Source: Bacteroidales bacterium (lineage in GTDB: Bacteria; Bacteroidota; Bacteroidia; Bacteroidales; JACABE01). From it: 64,000 nucleotides of DNA. Below, piece by piece: positions 28,628 to 37,690 of the stretch. How positions within the stretch are numbered: the first letter of the stretch is position 1; each line of letters opens with the position of its first letter. The DNA is taken from assembly GCA_038204725.1 (NCBI GenBank), contig JBBRCQ010000003.1:11287-75286 (forward strand). Reading direction: 5' to 3'. The notes below the pieces were generated by a model that ran no database searches, was not told the DNA's origin, and saw nothing but the letters and a program-made list of their open reading frames with translations. Position numbers and translations under genes: made by a program.

Positions 28628-29968
28628 ATGACGAATTATACAGATAGATTGGAAAATGTATCGGTTTTAGGTGCTGCCGGTAAAATGGGAAGCGGGATAT
28701 TGCTGCTTACTGCTATTGAAATGGCCGATAGAAGTCTTCAAACCGAAAACAAAGATAAACACTTTGTTTTGAATGCAATAGATGTATCCAGCGAGGCATT
28801 ATCGGGGTTGATGAAATACATTAAAATTCAGATTGAAAAGGCTGCAGAAAAAAAAGTGGTGATGCTTCGCAAAATATATGAAGACAGGGCTGATTTGATA
28901 GAAAACTTTGACATAATAAAGCAATATGTAGATGATGTGATGCACATCATCCGTCCCTCTATTCACATAGAAGCTGCTTACAATTCATCACTCATTTTTG
29001 AAGCTATCAAAGAAGACCCGCAGCTAAAAGCAAAAATCTTTTCGCAAATAAACGAAAACAATCACCGTCAACCCTGGTTTTTTACCAATACCTCTTCCAT
29101 ACCTATCAGTGAACTGGATAAGAATGCAGGATTAAAAGGTCGCGTACTGGGTGTCCATTTTTACAACCCACCAGCAGTGCAGAAACTTGTTGAAATCATA
29201 AAAGCTGACAGTACATTGCCTGAATTACATGATTTTGCCATCCAATTCTCAAAAAATCTCAGAAAAACGGTTGTCCCTTCACACGATTTTGCTGGATTTA
29301 TCGGCAATGGTCATTTTATGCGGGATGCCTTATACGGCATCACTGAAGCAGAAAAACTTACCAAAGAAACTTCGTTTGCTGAAGCTGTATATATGATCAA
29401 CAAAGTAAGTCAGGATTTTTTGATCAGACCCATGGGGATTTTTCAACTGATAGATTATGTTGGAATAGATGTCTGTCAGTATATTATGAGTGTAATGAAT
29501 CCCTATTTAACGAATGAAAATCTGCACAGCCAACTACTTGATCAAATGTTGAAAACAGGAATAAAAGGGGGCCAAAAAGCAGATGGTTCACAAAAAGATG
29601 GATTTCTTAAATATGAAAAGGGTAAACCTATTGCCATTTACGATATCAACCTCACACAATATATTACTATAGCTGATATTCAATCAGATTGCGACCGGAG
29701 ACTAGGAGAAATGCCTTCATCCATTAAGCCATGGAAGCAAGTATTAGGAATGAGCGGAAATGAAGAATACTTCAAATCTTATTTTCATGAATTAAAAGAG
29801 ATGAAAACTTTAGGGGCTGAAATGGCCATTAACTATTTTCTCCATTCGAAAGCAATTTCAGAAAAATTGGTTGCTGATAAAGTCGCATTTACAGAAAATG
29901 ATGTAAATACTGTTTTAAAGACCGGATTTTTCCATGCGTATGGTCCCATTAACAATTATTTAAATTAA
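28628..29968 (+). CDS. 3-hydroxyacyl-CoA dehydrogenase family protein (long form)
   Basis: 446 aa with the Rossmann motif 'VSVLGAAGKMGSGI' and 'GVHFYNPP'. Confidence 0.75.
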   Translation: MTNYTDRLENVSVLGAAGKMGSGILLLTAIEMADRSLQTENKDKHFVLNAIDVSSEALSGLMKYIKIQIEKAAEKKVVMLRKIYEDRADLIENFDIIKQYVDDVMHIIRPSIHIEAAYNSSLIFEAIKEDPQLKAKIFSQINENNHRQPWFFTNTSSIPISELDKNAGLKGRVLGVHFYNPPAVQKLVEIIKADSTLPELHDFAIQFSKNLRKTVVPSHDFAGFIGNGHFMRDALYGITEAEKLTKETSFAEAVYMINKVSQDFLIRPMGIFQLIDYVGIDVCQYIMSVMNPYLTNENLHSQLLDQMLKTGIKGGQKADGSQKDGFLKYEKGKPIAIYDINLTQYITIADIQSDCDRRLGEMPSSIKPWKQVLGMSGNEEYFKSYFHELKEMKTLGAEMAINYFLHSKAISEKLVADKVAFTENDVNTVLKTGFFHAYGPINNYLN

Positions 29969-29986
29969 ACCAGGAAGGAAAATACA

Positions 29987-31231
29987 ATGCAGAAATTAAG
30001 AAAAAAAATATATATGGTTGCAGGATACAACACTGTATCTATGGGAACCGGAAGAAAAGAATTTAATCCCAAAAATGAACGCCCTGGCATTGAAGATTAT
30101 ATAAAGGAAGCCGGACAAGGTGTTCTGAAAAAAATTGGGGGTGCTCAAAATGTTGACGAAGCTGTATTTGGTAATTTTATTGCTGCAAGATTCAACAAAC
30201 AAGGTCATATTGGGGCATTTCTTCCCTATATTGATGAAGGATTGAGATACAAACCTGCCATAAGGGTTGAGGGTGCTTGCGCTTCAGGCGCATTGGCACT
30301 TGTAACAGGCATCCGTTCTGTACTTGCAGAAACAGCTGATGTAGTTTTGGTTATGGGCGTAGAAGTTCAAAATACAGTTAAAGCCATCTACGGTGCCGAT
30401 ATTCTTGCAGCAGCCGGGTGGGCAAAGGAAAGGAAAAATGGGCATGCTTATTATTTCCCCGGAAAATTCAGCGATAGAGCAAAAGTGTATTACGAAAAAT
30501 TTGGCAAAGAAAAAACACGTAAAGCCATGGCCAAATGGTATGTAAATGCCATTGAAAATGCCCGTCTATGCCCTACTGCTCAGGAATTTCATAATTCCAA
30601 CAAAGATTTAACTGCCTATGGAATGATGGAACCCAATCCGGGAAGTTTTGTCGACAGTTTGAATTTATACGACTGCTCCAAAGTTTCTGACGGTGCTTCG
30701 GCTATTGCCATTGTTTCGGAAGAAGGATTAAAAAAATGCGGTATCCCTAAAAACCAGGCTATTGAAGTGATTGGGTTCGGACAAGCTGAAGATGACATTA
30801 CAAAATCTCCGGAAGATTTCACACGTTTAAGTACTACAAAGGTTGCCGTTCAAAAAGCACTTGAAAATGCAGGTATCACCAAAGAACAAATTGCAACGGT
30901 AGAATGCCATGATTGTTTTTCAATAGCTGGAATCATGGCGATTGAAGCCATCGGATTTGCTGAACATGGAAAAGGTATTGATTTTGTCCTCGAAGGAAAT
31001 ACTTCACGTTCAGGAAAAATTCCCTTCAACACTACCGGTGGATTGATCGGATGGGGGCATCCAACAGGAGCAACCGGCGTTCATCAGGCAATAACCATAC
31101 TGGAACAACTTACCCAAAATGCCGGTGACTCTCAGATACCAATTGATCCGCAAAGACCTTATGGTTTAACCATTAATATGGGAGGAGACGATAAAAGCCT
31201 TGTATCCATTGTCTATAAACGGGCAGAATAG
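29987..31231 (+). CDS. Thiolase-family acyl-CoA acetyltransferase (SCP-x/archaeal-like type)
   Basis: 'VEGACASGALA' (nucleophile Cys), 'VECHDCF' and 'GWGHPTGATG'. Confidence 0.8.
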   Translation: MQKLRKKIYMVAGYNTVSMGTGRKEFNPKNERPGIEDYIKEAGQGVLKKIGGAQNVDEAVFGNFIAARFNKQGHIGAFLPYIDEGLRYKPAIRVEGACASGALALVTGIRSVLAETADVVLVMGVEVQNTVKAIYGADILAAAGWAKERKNGHAYYFPGKFSDRAKVYYEKFGKEKTRKAMAKWYVNAIENARLCPTAQEFHNSNKDLTAYGMMEPNPGSFVDSLNLYDCSKVSDGASAIAIVSEEGLKKCGIPKNQAIEVIGFGQAEDDITKSPEDFTRLSTTKVAVQKALENAGITKEQIATVECHDCFSIAGIMAIEAIGFAEHGKGIDFVLEGNTSRSGKIPFNTTGGLIGWGHPTGATGVHQAITILEQLTQNAGDSQIPIDPQRPYGLTINMGGDDKSLVSIVYKRAE

Positions 31232-31357
31232 TTTATGCTACTTTTTAATAAGTAAATAATTGAAGTATTGTAACTTATACAAGGTACTTAATGTACTTTC
31301 TAGTATTTTATGCACTTCAAAAACCTGTTAATGTTATTGTTGCGATATTTTTTTAAT

Positions 31358-32302
31358 ATGAACCGAATCATTGATTTATTCAACATCCGATATCCAATCG
31401 TTCAGGGAGGGATGATATGGTGTAGCGGATGGGAGCTTGCATCTGCTGTGAGTAACGCTGGAGGACTTGGGCTCATCGGTTCTGCATCTATGAATCCTGA
31501 AGTATTGCAAATACATATCAGAAAATGCAAGGCTGCAACCAATTATCCCTTTGGTGTAAATGTTCCCTTGCTTTATCATGGCAATGAAGAAATGCTTAAA
31601 TTAATCATCAATGAAGGAGTTCAGATCATAGTTACCTCAGCGGGTAGCCCGCAAAAATGGACTTATTTTCTGAAACAGAATGGTATTACGGTGGTTCATG
31701 TTGTGGCCAGTGTAAAATCTGCAATAAAATGCGAAGAAGCAGGGGTAGATGCTATTGTAGCTGAAGGATTTGAAGCCGGTGGCCATAATGGCAGAGAGGA
31801 AACAACGACTATGGTATTGATTCCAATGATAAAAGAAAAGATTAATATACCTGTAATTGCTGCAGGAGGTATTGGAAATGGAAATGCCATGCTGGCAGCC
31901 TTAGCTTTGGGAGCAGATGGTGTCCAGATCGGAACACGTTTTGCAGCTACTACTGAATCATCCGCTCACGAAAATTTTAAAAATAAAATACTCGAAATTA
32001 TTGAAGGTGATACCATGCTGACTTTGAAAAAGTTGATTCCTGTGCGCATGGTAAAGAATAAATTCTATTTTGACATTGAATCACTTGAAAATAGCGGAGC
32101 CCAATCTGAGCAATTATCAGCACTGCTAGGCAAAGGTCGTTCTAGACGTGGGATGTTTGAAGGGGATATGGACGAAGGGGAGCTTGAAATCGGACAAATA
32201 GCTGCTATGATGAAAGAAATAAAACCTGCTGCCAAAGTAATAGAAGAAATCATACATGAATTTCAACAAGCTAAAAATGAACTTATTAATACTTCATTCT
32301 GA
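31358..32302 (+). CDS. Nitronate monooxygenase / FabK-like FMN oxidoreductase
   Basis: The start is moved to 'MNRIIDLFNIRYPIVQGGM'. It has 'AEGFEAGGH' and 'VIAAGGIGNG'. Confidence 0.8.
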   Translation: MNRIIDLFNIRYPIVQGGMIWCSGWELASAVSNAGGLGLIGSASMNPEVLQIHIRKCKAATNYPFGVNVPLLYHGNEEMLKLIINEGVQIIVTSAGSPQKWTYFLKQNGITVVHVVASVKSAIKCEEAGVDAIVAEGFEAGGHNGREETTTMVLIPMIKEKINIPVIAAGGIGNGNAMLAALALGADGVQIGTRFAATTESSAHENFKNKILEIIEGDTMLTLKKLIPVRMVKNKFYFDIESLENSGAQSEQLSALLGKGRSRRGMFEGDMDEGELEIGQIAAMMKEIKPAAKVIEEIIHEFQQAKNELINTSF

Positions 32303-33111
32303 TGCAAATTAAAGTAAATGGACACAACTTAAACTATGAAATACTGAATCCACAACTGCTGGAACCCGAAAGAACGATTTTGGTTTTTCTGCATGATGGG
32401 TTGGGAAGTATCAAACAATGGAAAAAAATTCCACAAAAACTATGCGAAGCTTTAAATCTCGCAGGTATAGTTTACGACCGTTTTAGATATGGAGCATCTT
32501 CAGCAGATAATTTTCAATTTGAACCTGACTATCTGAAAGATGAAGCCTTGACCGATCTGCCAGGATTACTTGCCGGACTGAAAATTAAAAATAAAGTGAT
32601 ATTAATCGGTCATAGCGACGGAGCCAGTATTGCATTATTATTTGCATCCTGTTATCCTGATAAACTTTTAGGCGTTATATCAGAAGCAGCACATGTTTTT
32701 GTAGAAAAAATAACCCTCAAAGGAATTAAAAAATTACAAGAAGATTACCAATCAGATGAGTTTCTTTCAAAAAAATTAAGGAAATATCATAACGAAAGTA
32801 CTGACCATCTGTTTAATGCCTGGAGCTCATTCTGGTTATCAGTTAAATTCAGGACATGGAACATCGAGCAATTGCTTGAAACTATCAAAGTTCCTGTTTT
32901 GGCCATTCAGGGTGCAGATGATGAATACGGAAGTGTTTTGCAACTCAATGCAATCAAAAAAAATGTATCTGCAGTAGTGACTACTTATTTGTTAACTGAT
33001 TGTGGCCATTTCCCACATTTTGAAAAAGAAAAAGAAGTATTAACCCTCATGAAAGACTTTATCAATTTGATCAACAAAGAACAAATAAACAATTCACAAT
33101 TAAACAATTAA
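32302..33111 (+). CDS. Alpha/beta-fold hydrolase
   Basis: 'LIGHSDGA' nucleophile elbow and C-terminal 'DCGHFPH'. Its ATG overlaps the upstream TGA (TGATG). Confidence 0.75.
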   Translation: MQIKVNGHNLNYEILNPQLLEPERTILVFLHDGLGSIKQWKKIPQKLCEALNLAGIVYDRFRYGASSADNFQFEPDYLKDEALTDLPGLLAGLKIKNKVILIGHSDGASIALLFASCYPDKLLGVISEAAHVFVEKITLKGIKKLQEDYQSDEFLSKKLRKYHNESTDHLFNAWSSFWLSVKFRTWNIEQLLETIKVPVLAIQGADDEYGSVLQLNAIKKNVSAVVTTYLLTDCGHFPHFEKEKEVLTLMKDFINLINKEQINNSQLNN

Positions 33112-33115
33112 AATT

Positions 33116-34255
33116 ATGGATTTTAAATTTACAGAAGAACAGGAAATGATACAGCAAGCTGCCAGAGATTTTGCTGAGAGAGAACTTTTAGCAGATGTTA
33201 TCGAAAGAGATGATAAAGCAGAATATTCGGAAGCTCATATTAAAAAACTGGCAGAACTTGGATTTTTAGGAATGATGGTCGATCCAAAATATGATGGTGG
33301 AGGTATGGATGCAGTTTCCTATGTTCTGGCAATGGAAGAAATATCAAAAATTGATGCTTCGGTTTCTGTATTGATGTCAGTATGCAATTCGCTTGTAAAT
33401 TGGGGGTTGGAAACCTACGGCAACGAAGCCCAGAAAGAAAAATATTTAAAACCATTGGCAAGAGGCGAAAAGATAGGTGCTTTTCTTTTATCAGAACCGG
33501 AAGCTGGTTCAGATGCTACTTCTCAAAGGACAACTGCTGAAGACAAAGGAGATTATTATTTATTAAACGGTACCAAAAACTGGATTACCAATGCCAATTC
33601 AGCTTCAACTTATCTAGTGATCGCTCAGACGCATCCGGACAAAAAGCATAAAGGCATCAATGCATTTATTGTAGAAAAAAACACTCCGGGCATCACGCTG
33701 GGACCTCACGAAAACAAAATGGGAATGAGATCATCCGATACGCATTCAGTGATGTTTAACGATGTAAAAGTACCCAAAGAAAACCGCATTGGAGAAGATG
33801 GTTTTGGGTTTACTTTTGCTATGAAGACACTGGATGGCGGAAGAATCGGTATTGCTTCTCAGGCATTGGGTATTGCTTCGGGTGCATTTGAAAGGGCTGT
33901 AAAGTATTCGAAAGAAAGAAAAGCATTCGGGACAGAAATATTCAACCATCAATCGGTTGCATTTAAACTCTCTGATATGGCTGTAAAAATAGAAAATGCA
34001 AGGAACCTCTGCCTTAAAGCAGCATGGCTGAAAGATCAGCATTTGCCCTATGGCATTGCGAGCGCAATGGCCAAACAATATTGTGCTGATATTGCCATGG
34101 AAGTTACTACCGAAGCGGTTCAAATTCATGGAGGTTATGGTTATGTGAAGGAATACCATGTAGAACGATTGATGCGGGAAGCCAAACTCACACAGATTTA
34201 TGAAGGAACTTCCGAGATTCAGAAGATTATTATATCGAGGTCGCTTTTGAAGTAG
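33116..34255 (+). CDS. Acyl-CoA dehydrogenase (short/butyryl-CoA type)
   Basis: 379 aa with 'GAFLLSEPEAGSDA', 'QIHGGYGY' and 'YEGTSEIQ'. Confidence 0.92.
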   Translation: MDFKFTEEQEMIQQAARDFAERELLADVIERDDKAEYSEAHIKKLAELGFLGMMVDPKYDGGGMDAVSYVLAMEEISKIDASVSVLMSVCNSLVNWGLETYGNEAQKEKYLKPLARGEKIGAFLLSEPEAGSDATSQRTTAEDKGDYYLLNGTKNWITNANSASTYLVIAQTHPDKKHKGINAFIVEKNTPGITLGPHENKMGMRSSDTHSVMFNDVKVPKENRIGEDGFGFTFAMKTLDGGRIGIASQALGIASGAFERAVKYSKERKAFGTEIFNHQSVAFKLSDMAVKIENARNLCLKAAWLKDQHLPYGIASAMAKQYCADIAMEVTTEAVQIHGGYGYVKEYHVERLMREAKLTQIYEGTSEIQKIIISRSLLK

Positions 34256-34259
34256 AAAA

Positions 34260-34430
34260 GTCAGAAGTCCGAAGACGGAAGACGGAAGTCAGAAGTTGAG
34301 CGAAGCGAAATCCCGAAAGCGAAGCGATTCGGGATCCGAAGAAAAAAGAAAAAGAAAAAAAGAAATTTAAAAAGAATATGTCTAAAGTCCGTCAAATCTA
34401 CTTCCGACTTCGGTCTTCCAACTTCCGACT
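34260..34430. repeat. Inverted arrays of the CTTCSGA word family flanking an inner hairpin
   Basis: 34260-34296 'gtcagaagtccgaagacggaagacggaagtcagaagt' against 34401-34430 'cttccgacttcggtcttccaacttccgact'. Inner stem: atcccgaa/ttcgggat at 34310-34335. Confidence 0.7.
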
Positions 34431-34462
34431 AAAAAATTTATTAACCAACTAAATTACGAAAT

Positions 34463-35209
34463 ATGAAAATACTGGTTTGTATAAACAATGTACCCGACAC
34501 CACCACAAAAATCAAATTTATCAACAATAACACTTTTGATGCTTCCGGTGTTCAATGGATTATAAATCCATGGGATGAACTGGCATTGACAAGAGCCATT
34601 GAAATAAAGGAAGCTCAACCTTCGGCCGTCGAAAGTATTACAGTGGTTAATGTTGGACTGGCCGGAGCAGAACCTACCATCCGGAAAGCTTTGGCAATAG
34701 GAGCAGATGATGGTGTACGCATCAATTACGATGCGAAGGATTCTTATGCAGTAGCATTTCAACTGGCTGAGTATATAAAAAAAGAATATTATGATATCAT
34801 CTTATGTGGTATTGAATCGAGCGACTACAATGGCGCCAATGTGGGTGGTATGCTTAGTGAAATACTGGGTTTACCTTCCGTTTCATCGGTATCTTATCTG
34901 GATATAAAAGATGGAAAAGTGATATTGAAACGCGAAATTGACGGTGGACAGGAAACCATATCAACACAGATTCCTTTTGTGGCCATTGTTCAGAAAGGTA
35001 TCGCCAATGAACCCAAAATACCTTCGATGCGTGGGATAATGACTGCCCGTACCAAACAACTTAAAGTAATAGAAGCTTTGAATGCTGAAACACTTACAGA
35101 ATTTGTGGAATTTGAACAACCCAAACCCAAGGCAGCCTGTAAAAAAATCGACGCTGATAACGTAAAGGAATTGATTCAGCTCTTACACAAAGAAGCAAAA
35201 GTAATTTAA
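34463..35209 (+). CDS. etfB: Electron transfer flavoprotein beta subunit
   Basis: 248 aa with a typical EtfB N-terminus 'MKILVCINNVPDTTTKIKF' and the correct length. Confidence 0.92.
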   Translation: MKILVCINNVPDTTTKIKFINNNTFDASGVQWIINPWDELALTRAIEIKEAQPSAVESITVVNVGLAGAEPTIRKALAIGADDGVRINYDAKDSYAVAFQLAEYIKKEYYDIILCGIESSDYNGANVGGMLSEILGLPSVSSVSYLDIKDGKVILKREIDGGQETISTQIPFVAIVQKGIANEPKIPSMRGIMTARTKQLKVIEALNAETLTEFVEFEQPKPKAACKKIDADNVKELIQLLHKEAKVI

Positions 35210-35231
35210 AAACCTCTAAACCTAAAAAAAA

Positions 35232-36206
35232 ATGTCAATACTCGTATACACAGAAAATTGGGATGGTAAATTTAAAAAACTATCCTTTGAGTTGGTTTCT
35301 TATGCCAAAGAGATTGCAAAGAAACTAAATACCACCGTAATAGCTTTATCTATCGGAAATGTGGAAGAAAGCGAGCTTCAGAAGCTAAGCATGTTTGGTG
35401 CCAATAAAATCATAACCATTCACAACAGCAAATTAACCGGCTTGAACAACCAGGTTTATACATCGGTCATTGCTGAATTAATTGCTGCCGAAAATGCAGA
35501 AGTAATTGTTTTTGCACATAACAATACAGGAAAAGCCATAGCTCCCCGCTTGTCGGTACGACTTAAAGCCGGACTTGTAACAGCTGTAGTTTCATCTCCC
35601 TTAAGTATCGAACCTTTTGTAATAAACAAAAAAGTATTTACTTCCAAAGCATTTGCAAAAGTCAGCATAAAAACGGCTACCAAAATCCTCACACTGATGC
35701 AAAATTCATTTGGGATACATGAATCTCCTGAGATATTTAACATGGTGCAATTTGAACCGGTTTTGAATGATGCTGAGATGAAAACTGAAGTGGTAGATGT
35801 GAAAAAGATAATCGGCAAAATCCTTTTAACAGATGCAGACATTGTAGTTTCCGGAGGAAGGGGCATGAAAGGGCCTGAGAATTGGGGGCCTATTGAAGAA
35901 CTTGCAGCTTTGCTGGGAGCAGGCACAGCCTGTTCACGGCCTGTATCCGATGAAGGCTGGCGCCCTCATGAAGAACATACAGGACAAACCGGTAAAATTA
36001 TCGCACCTACCTTATACATTGCCTGTGGCATTTCAGGTGCCATACAGCACCTTGGAGGCATCAGTAGTTCTAAATATATCGTAGCCATCAATAAAGATCC
36101 CGATGCTCCTATTTTTGAAGCAGCAGATTATGGCATCGTAGGTGATGTATTAAAAATTCTTCCCGAAATGATAGCCGCTGTGAAAGAATTGAAAGGAGTG
36201 AACTAA
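35232..36206 (+). CDS. etfA: Electron transfer flavoprotein alpha subunit
   Basis: 324 aa with the FAD signature '[15 protein letters not shown]'. Confidence 0.92.
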   Translation: MSILVYTENWDGKFKKLSFELVSYAKEIAKKLNTTVIALSIGNVEESELQKLSMFGANKIITIHNSKLTGLNNQVYTSVIAELIAAENAEVIVFAHNNTGKAIAPRLSVRLKAGLVTAVVSSPLSIEPFVINKKVFTSKAFAKVSIKTATKILTLMQNSFGIHESPEIFNMVQFEPVLNDAEMKTEVVDVKKIIGKILLTDADIVVSGGRGMKGPENWGPIEELAALLGAGTACSRPVSDEGWRPHEEHTGQTGKIIAPTLYIACGISGAIQHLGGISSSKYIVAINKDPDAPIFEAADYGIVGDVLKILPEMIAAVKELKGVN

Positions 36207-36924
36207 AATTTGAGAATATTATAATTTAAAACTGAAACTTAAATTTAAATTATGGGTAAAATCAAGGGTTTTGGAAATAATTTTTCGTGGTTATTCACTA
36301 AAACAGCATACGCTCTGGTTTAATTTCTATTTGGCTAAAAATTTCTTTTTTAACGAAAGGAGAGTTCTGTAAATAGGACTTTTTTATGGTTATTGTTTAT
36401 TCTAAGTATATTGAGTTTTATCATTTTTAGTTCTTCTTTATTGTCTGGAAAAGATAAGTAATGAAAACAATATAATGTCGTATTTTGAAATTTTCATTTT
36501 CTACTCATTAAAATCGTATAATGCTATTATTTGAAAACTACAACCATTCAATTCATATTTTAGTTTTTTAAATTATAAAACTCGTTTAGCTTGAAAAAAG
36601 TACCGATATTATAGAATTTACGCTACAAACAAACACTTAATATAGTGGTGGGAATGGCAAGCAATACAATACAGCGAAGTTCATTAGAAAATAAATGGAT
36701 AAATATTTATATCGCTTTAACTTGTATTACGCATTGAATTTTATCCCTTAATTTCGGAATTATTACTTTTTTATAAAGAAAAAAGTAAAAAATAAATAAA
36801 GAAGCGAATCATTAAAATACATAATTTCATCTTTCACATTATTTATCCTCATGCTCGGATTATCTTTGGCATAAGATTTGATAAAAAAAAGACTGTTAAT
36901 TTTAACCTTTAAAATTTAAAAAGA

Positions 36925-37515
36925 ATGAAAAAGATTTTCAAACTATCCGTTGTGATTTTTATTGTTGTAATGAGTGCATGTTCACCTTCGAGAGAGGTAA
37001 AACGCATATCCCCCAATCAACAAATCGATTTGAGTGGACGATGGAACGATACTGATGCCAAAATGACTGCCGAAGCAATGATTGCCCAGGTTTTAAGTGA
37101 AGGTTGGCTGTCAGAATACCAACAGAAAAACGAAGGTAAACGACCCGTTGTGATCGTTGGACTCGTAAACAACAAGACCAGTGAACATATCAGTTCCGAA
37201 ACTTTTATTAAAGATGTTGAAAAAGCTTTCCTCACCGACAGAAGAGTGAGATTGGTTCAGGCTGGCGATAAAAGAGAACAACTGCGTGGCGAAAGAGCTG
37301 ATCAGCAAGAGTATGCTTCATCTGAAACTACCAAAAAATGGGGAAAAGAATTAGGTGCCGATTTTATTATGCAGGGTAGCATCAATTCTACTGTTGATTC
37401 TTTCAACAAAGATAAAGTGGTAAACTATAAAATCAATCTTGAGCTTACTAATTTGGAAACCAACGAAATAGTATGGATAGGTGATAAAGAGATCAAAAAA
37501 ATAATTTCAGACTAA
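36925..37515 (+). CDS. LpoB-like (COG3417-type) lipoprotein
   Basis: 196 aa with the lipobox 'VVMSAC'. 'DLSGRWNDTD...VVIVGLVNNKTSEHI' resembles the LpoB-like family. Confidence 0.55.
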   Translation: MKKIFKLSVVIFIVVMSACSPSREVKRISPNQQIDLSGRWNDTDAKMTAEAMIAQVLSEGWLSEYQQKNEGKRPVVIVGLVNNKTSEHISSETFIKDVEKAFLTDRRVRLVQAGDKREQLRGERADQQEYASSETTKKWGKELGADFIMQGSINSTVDSFNKDKVVNYKINLELTNLETNEIVWIGDKEIKKIISD

Positions 37516-37517
37516 GT

Positions 37518-37573
37518 CAGTGAACAGTGAACAGTGAACAGTGAACAGTGAATAGTGAATAGTTATCAGTGAA
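37518..37573 (+). repeat. Tandem heptamer array: CAGTGAA x5 perfect plus 3 variants
   Basis: It starts 3 nt after the stop codon. Units: cagtgaa x5, tagtgaa, tagttat, cagtgaa. Confidence 0.9.
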
Positions 37574-37690
37574 TAATTCCAGACTAAATTAGTTATACCT
37601 AAACAGTTATTCAATAAAACAATAAATCGCCCAATCTTTCTATCACTTAATCGTTCAATCGCACAATCACGAACTTAATAACCAACAGAA

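Noticed and set aside
35456-35926. 156-aa antisense ORF within etfA, and similar ones in acd (33746-34159), tonB (16061-16418), the AraC gene (59626-59986) and glmS
   Set aside because: All overlap strongly supported genes on the other strand or frame, and their composition is typical of shadow frames.
36252-36323. 23-codon ORF 'MGKIKGFGNNFSWLFTKTAYALV' after etfA
   Set aside because: It is too short and has no supporting signal.
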